NCBI GenBank assembly: GCA_964640155.1
Contig: CAZXEQ010000007.1
Location: forward strand, 120,001-152,000
Direction: 5' to 3'
DNA length: 32,000 nucleotides
From: an uncultured bacterium
Lineage (GTDB): Bacteria; Auribacterota; JACPWU01
The notes beneath the pieces are model-generated. The model saw only the letters and a program-made list of their open reading frames with translations. It did no database searches and was not told the origin of the DNA. Of the stretch, positions 29,945-32,000 are shown one piece after another; within the stretch, counting starts at the first letter, position 1; every line of letters begins with the position of its first letter. The position numbers were made by a program, and so were the translations under genes.

Positions 29945-31524
29945 TATGATTCTCCAAAAGGTAGAAATCGACCTGATCGAGTGGAGGATGGTTGACCTTT
30001 TTCTAAAACAGGTTGACCATTCACAAAAACCATTTGAATTCCTTCAGAATCGAGTGTTGAATTTTGAAAAGTAGCGCGATCATTGATTTCTTCTATTTTC
30101 ATTAATACAAGATCTGCATAAAAATTTTCTTTGATCAAACCCCTTTTCTTTAGTCCTAAACGCCTTGCTGTCAAACCCGTCATTTTATGAATGGCCTCTT
30201 CTAGAGAAAGTATTTTAGATTCTATGACAAATTTCTTCAAAAAGCGTGGAAAGGTGCCATAAGTTCGAGGATGAACTACAGGAAGAAAGGTTTTCCCTCC
30301 TCGAGTTCTAGACGAAGCATCTGAGCCAATCATCGCCAAAGGATTTGTAAGAATTCTTTCTAAATTAACTTCGTTCATCGAAAAGAAAATTGCGTTTACT
30401 TGCATTTTTTCTTCCATCAAAAGATCAATAACAAATTCGCCCATTGATTTTTGGCTGATTTGTGAACATTCTTTCACGCTTTTCCCAATCCATTGTTTAT
30501 TGTTTTCTCCGGGTAAATAGGCGATCAAGGTTAAAGGGAATTGTCCGCCTAAATGGTCTAATTCATAAATAAGATTTTTTCGTGTTTGAACATCTTTTAA
30601 TCTTTCGACAGCTTTTAAATCTCCACCATCAAAAAGTTTTCGGGGAAGATAAGTATCCAATGAAGTATAAGAAGCAGTGTAAGGATAGCGATCCCAGGTT
30701 ATATCCATTCCACTTTTGACTGTTTTCTCAAGTATTTCTAAGGCCGCATCAATTTTTTTCCAGTTTTTCTCACCTGCTGTTTTAAGATGAGAAATTTGTA
30801 ATGGAACTTGTGCCTCTTGACTAATATCGATAGCTTCCTGAATAGACTCTAATAATTGATCTCCTTCGCTACGCATATGGGTTGCATAAAAACCGTCATG
30901 TTCAGCAACGATTTTCATTAATTCAATCAATTCTGGAGCTTGAGCAAAACAACCCGGTGTATAAATCAATCCTGTTGAAAGACCGCATGCGCCTTGTTCC
31001 AAAGACTCATGTAGAATTTTTTTCATCCATTCTAATTCATTAGGAGTTGGGGGACGATTTTCATGTCCCATACAAGCAAGACGCAGTGTGCCATGTCCTA
31101 CTAAAGTCATCCAATTCATGCTGGGTTTAGCTTGAGCAATGCGATTTGCAAACGAAGTTAAATCGTTCCATTCTGCTTGAAGTCCATATAAATCCAATTC
31201 GGTTTGAAAATGAGGGATAAACTTTTCTTTAAGAAGAAAGGGTGAGTAGCCACAATTTCCACAAACTTCTGTTGTAATTCCTTGAGTGATTTTGCTAGAG
31301 ACTTGAGGATCAATAAAAAAATAATGATCTGTATGTCCATGAATGTCAATAAAACCTGGGGAAAGAACATGTCCATCTGCTTTGATGGTATGACGGGCAG
31401 GAAGGTTTATTTGAGAAGCAATTAAATGAATGCGGTCTTTTAAAATAGCTACATCAGCTGTTTGCCCTAAATTTCCTGTTCCATCGACAATATAAGCTTT
31501 TTTAAAAAGATAGTCTACTTCCAC
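29944..31524 (-). CDS. N-acyl-D-amino-acid deacylase (D-aminoacylase, amidohydrolase superfamily)
   Basis: GTG start; AYIVDGTGN, PGFIDIHGHTDH metal-binding motif, family-typical length (526 aa). Confidence 0.8.
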   Translation of the reverse strand: MEVDYLFKKAYIVDGTGNLGQTADVAILKDRIHLIASQINLPARHTIKADGHVLSPGFIDIHGHTDHYFFIDPQVSSKITQGITTEVCGNCGYSPFLLKEKFIPHFQTELDLYGLQAEWNDLTSFANRIAQAKPSMNWMTLVGHGTLRLACMGHENRPPTPNELEWMKKILHESLEQGACGLSTGLIYTPGCFAQAPELIELMKIVAEHDGFYATHMRSEGDQLLESIQEAIDISQEAQVPLQISHLKTAGEKNWKKIDAALEILEKTVKSGMDITWDRYPYTASYTSLDTYLPRKLFDGGDLKAVERLKDVQTRKNLIYELDHLGGQFPLTLIAYLPGENNKQWIGKSVKECSQISQKSMGEFVIDLLMEEKMQVNAIFFSMNEVNLERILTNPLAMIGSDASSRTRGGKTFLPVVHPRTYGTFPRFLKKFVIESKILSLEEAIHKMTGLTARRLGLKKRGLIKENFYADLVLMKIEEINDRATFQNSTLDSEGIQMVFVNGQPVLEKGQPSSTRSGRFLPFGES

Positions 31525-31666
31525 GATTGAGCTTCCGATCTTGAAAACAAGGTTGTTTTACAAAGAAGGTCATAATATACTAAACATTCATAAGATTTAC
31601 TCATCACTAAGTATAATGAGATCACTCCAAAACATCTGCTAAAAAATTTTATTTTTTTAAGGTTGA

Positions 31667-32000
31667 ATGTCTGTGAAAATGAATAAAAACTTAAATCAAA
31701 ATCAACAGGGCTTCACTCTCCTTGAAATTCTTGTGGTCATGGCCATTTTGAGTATTCTTGCGGTATTGGTTGTTCCAAAACTTTCGGATCGACCTAAACA
31801 GGCAAAAAGACTTAAAACAGTACTACAAATAAAGTCTTTTCAAGAAGCACTTGAACAATTCTACATTGACGAGGGGTTTTATCCAAAAACAGATGAAGGA
31901 CTGGAACCTTTGATTAGGAAAAAACAGGACACTGCTAAGCAATATTTAGATACAGATCGTTTGCCTCTTGATCCATGGAATCATCCCTACCTTTATCTTT
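31667..32000 (+). CDS. gspG: Type II secretion major pseudopilin GspG-like protein (3'-partial)
   Basis: Hand translation gives MSVKMNKNLNQNQQ/GFTLLEILVVMAILSILAVLVVP (prepilin cleavage/methylation motif), then LPLDPWNHPYLYL, which resembles the GspG DPWG-x-Y motif. The frame is open to the window end. ATG 31679 is an alternative start. Confidence 0.7.
   Translation, partial: MSVKMNKNLNQNQQGFTLLEILVVMAILSILAVLVVPKLSDRPKQAKRLKTVLQIKSFQEALEQFYIDEGFYPKTDEGLEPLIRKKQDTAKQYLDTDRLPLDPWNHPYLYL

Noticed and set aside
21229-31376. Short antisense or alternative-frame ORFs inside the GGDEF gene, GT-C gene, ABC transporter genes, SBP gene and D-aminoacylase gene, for example 22325-22528, 25214-25483, 26076-26387, 26277-26540, 27125-27424 and 31158-31376. 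The similar ORFs within thpR, recA and alaS (15807-16461, 17329-17514, 19103-19470) fall in the same category.
   Set aside because: Each lies entirely within a well-supported CDS and has no motif, so I treat them as spurious.
31525-31666. Divergent promoter region between the D-aminoacylase operon and gspG, including a TATAAT at about 31612.
   Set aside because: I found no convincing -35 partner at 16-18 nt, so I do not list it as a feature.
1-32000. I scanned for tRNA/rRNA genes, CRISPR repeats, IS inverted repeats, and integrase or transposase genes.
   Set aside because: No spacer longer than about 150 nt exists, none of the spacers shows a tRNA-like GTTCGAATC arm or regularly spaced direct repeats, and no ORF resembles a recombinase.

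Overview
AT-rich bacterial chromosomal window; I saw no rRNA, tRNA, CRISPR array, transposase or integrase. The stand-out feature is one uninterrupted reading frame at 2-14116 (+) with at least 4,704 sense codons. It is still open at the 5' window edge, so the gene is probably longer. It encodes a giant membrane-anchored multidomain protein, in this order: a helical/TPR-like N-region with a Ser/Pro-rich stretch and a 2 x 124-aa tandem duplication; a protein-kinase-like domain with an atypical HxDxHxxN catalytic loop; two PP2C-type phosphatase domains, each preceded by beta-rich modules; four Pro/Ala-rich linkers; a cluster of 5-6 TM helices; and about 1,000 C-terminal residues with no motif I recognise. 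I know of no characterised protein with this architecture, so this is my candidate for the undescribed system. My interpretation is a fused kinase-like/phosphatase (possibly plus phospho-reader) signalling mega-protein. Downstream on the + strand lie cinA-thpR-recA, a compound palindromic terminator, alaS, a stand-alone mraZ with a near-consensus promoter and TGGG operator-like boxes, a candidate 30-aa small ORF, and a GGDEF cyclase. From 31.5 to 21.5 kb on the - strand lies a tightly overlapping operon. It encodes a D-aminoacylase, a C26 gamma-glutamyl-hydrolase-like amidotransferase and an Opp/Dpp-type ABC transporter (SBP, two permeases, two ATPases), followed by yajQ and a GT-C/TPR membrane protein with an HTH-like N-terminus. 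The window ends in the 5' part of a gspG-like pseudopilin gene. Every call comes from reading the translations by eye. No database search was run, and I cannot assign a taxon.
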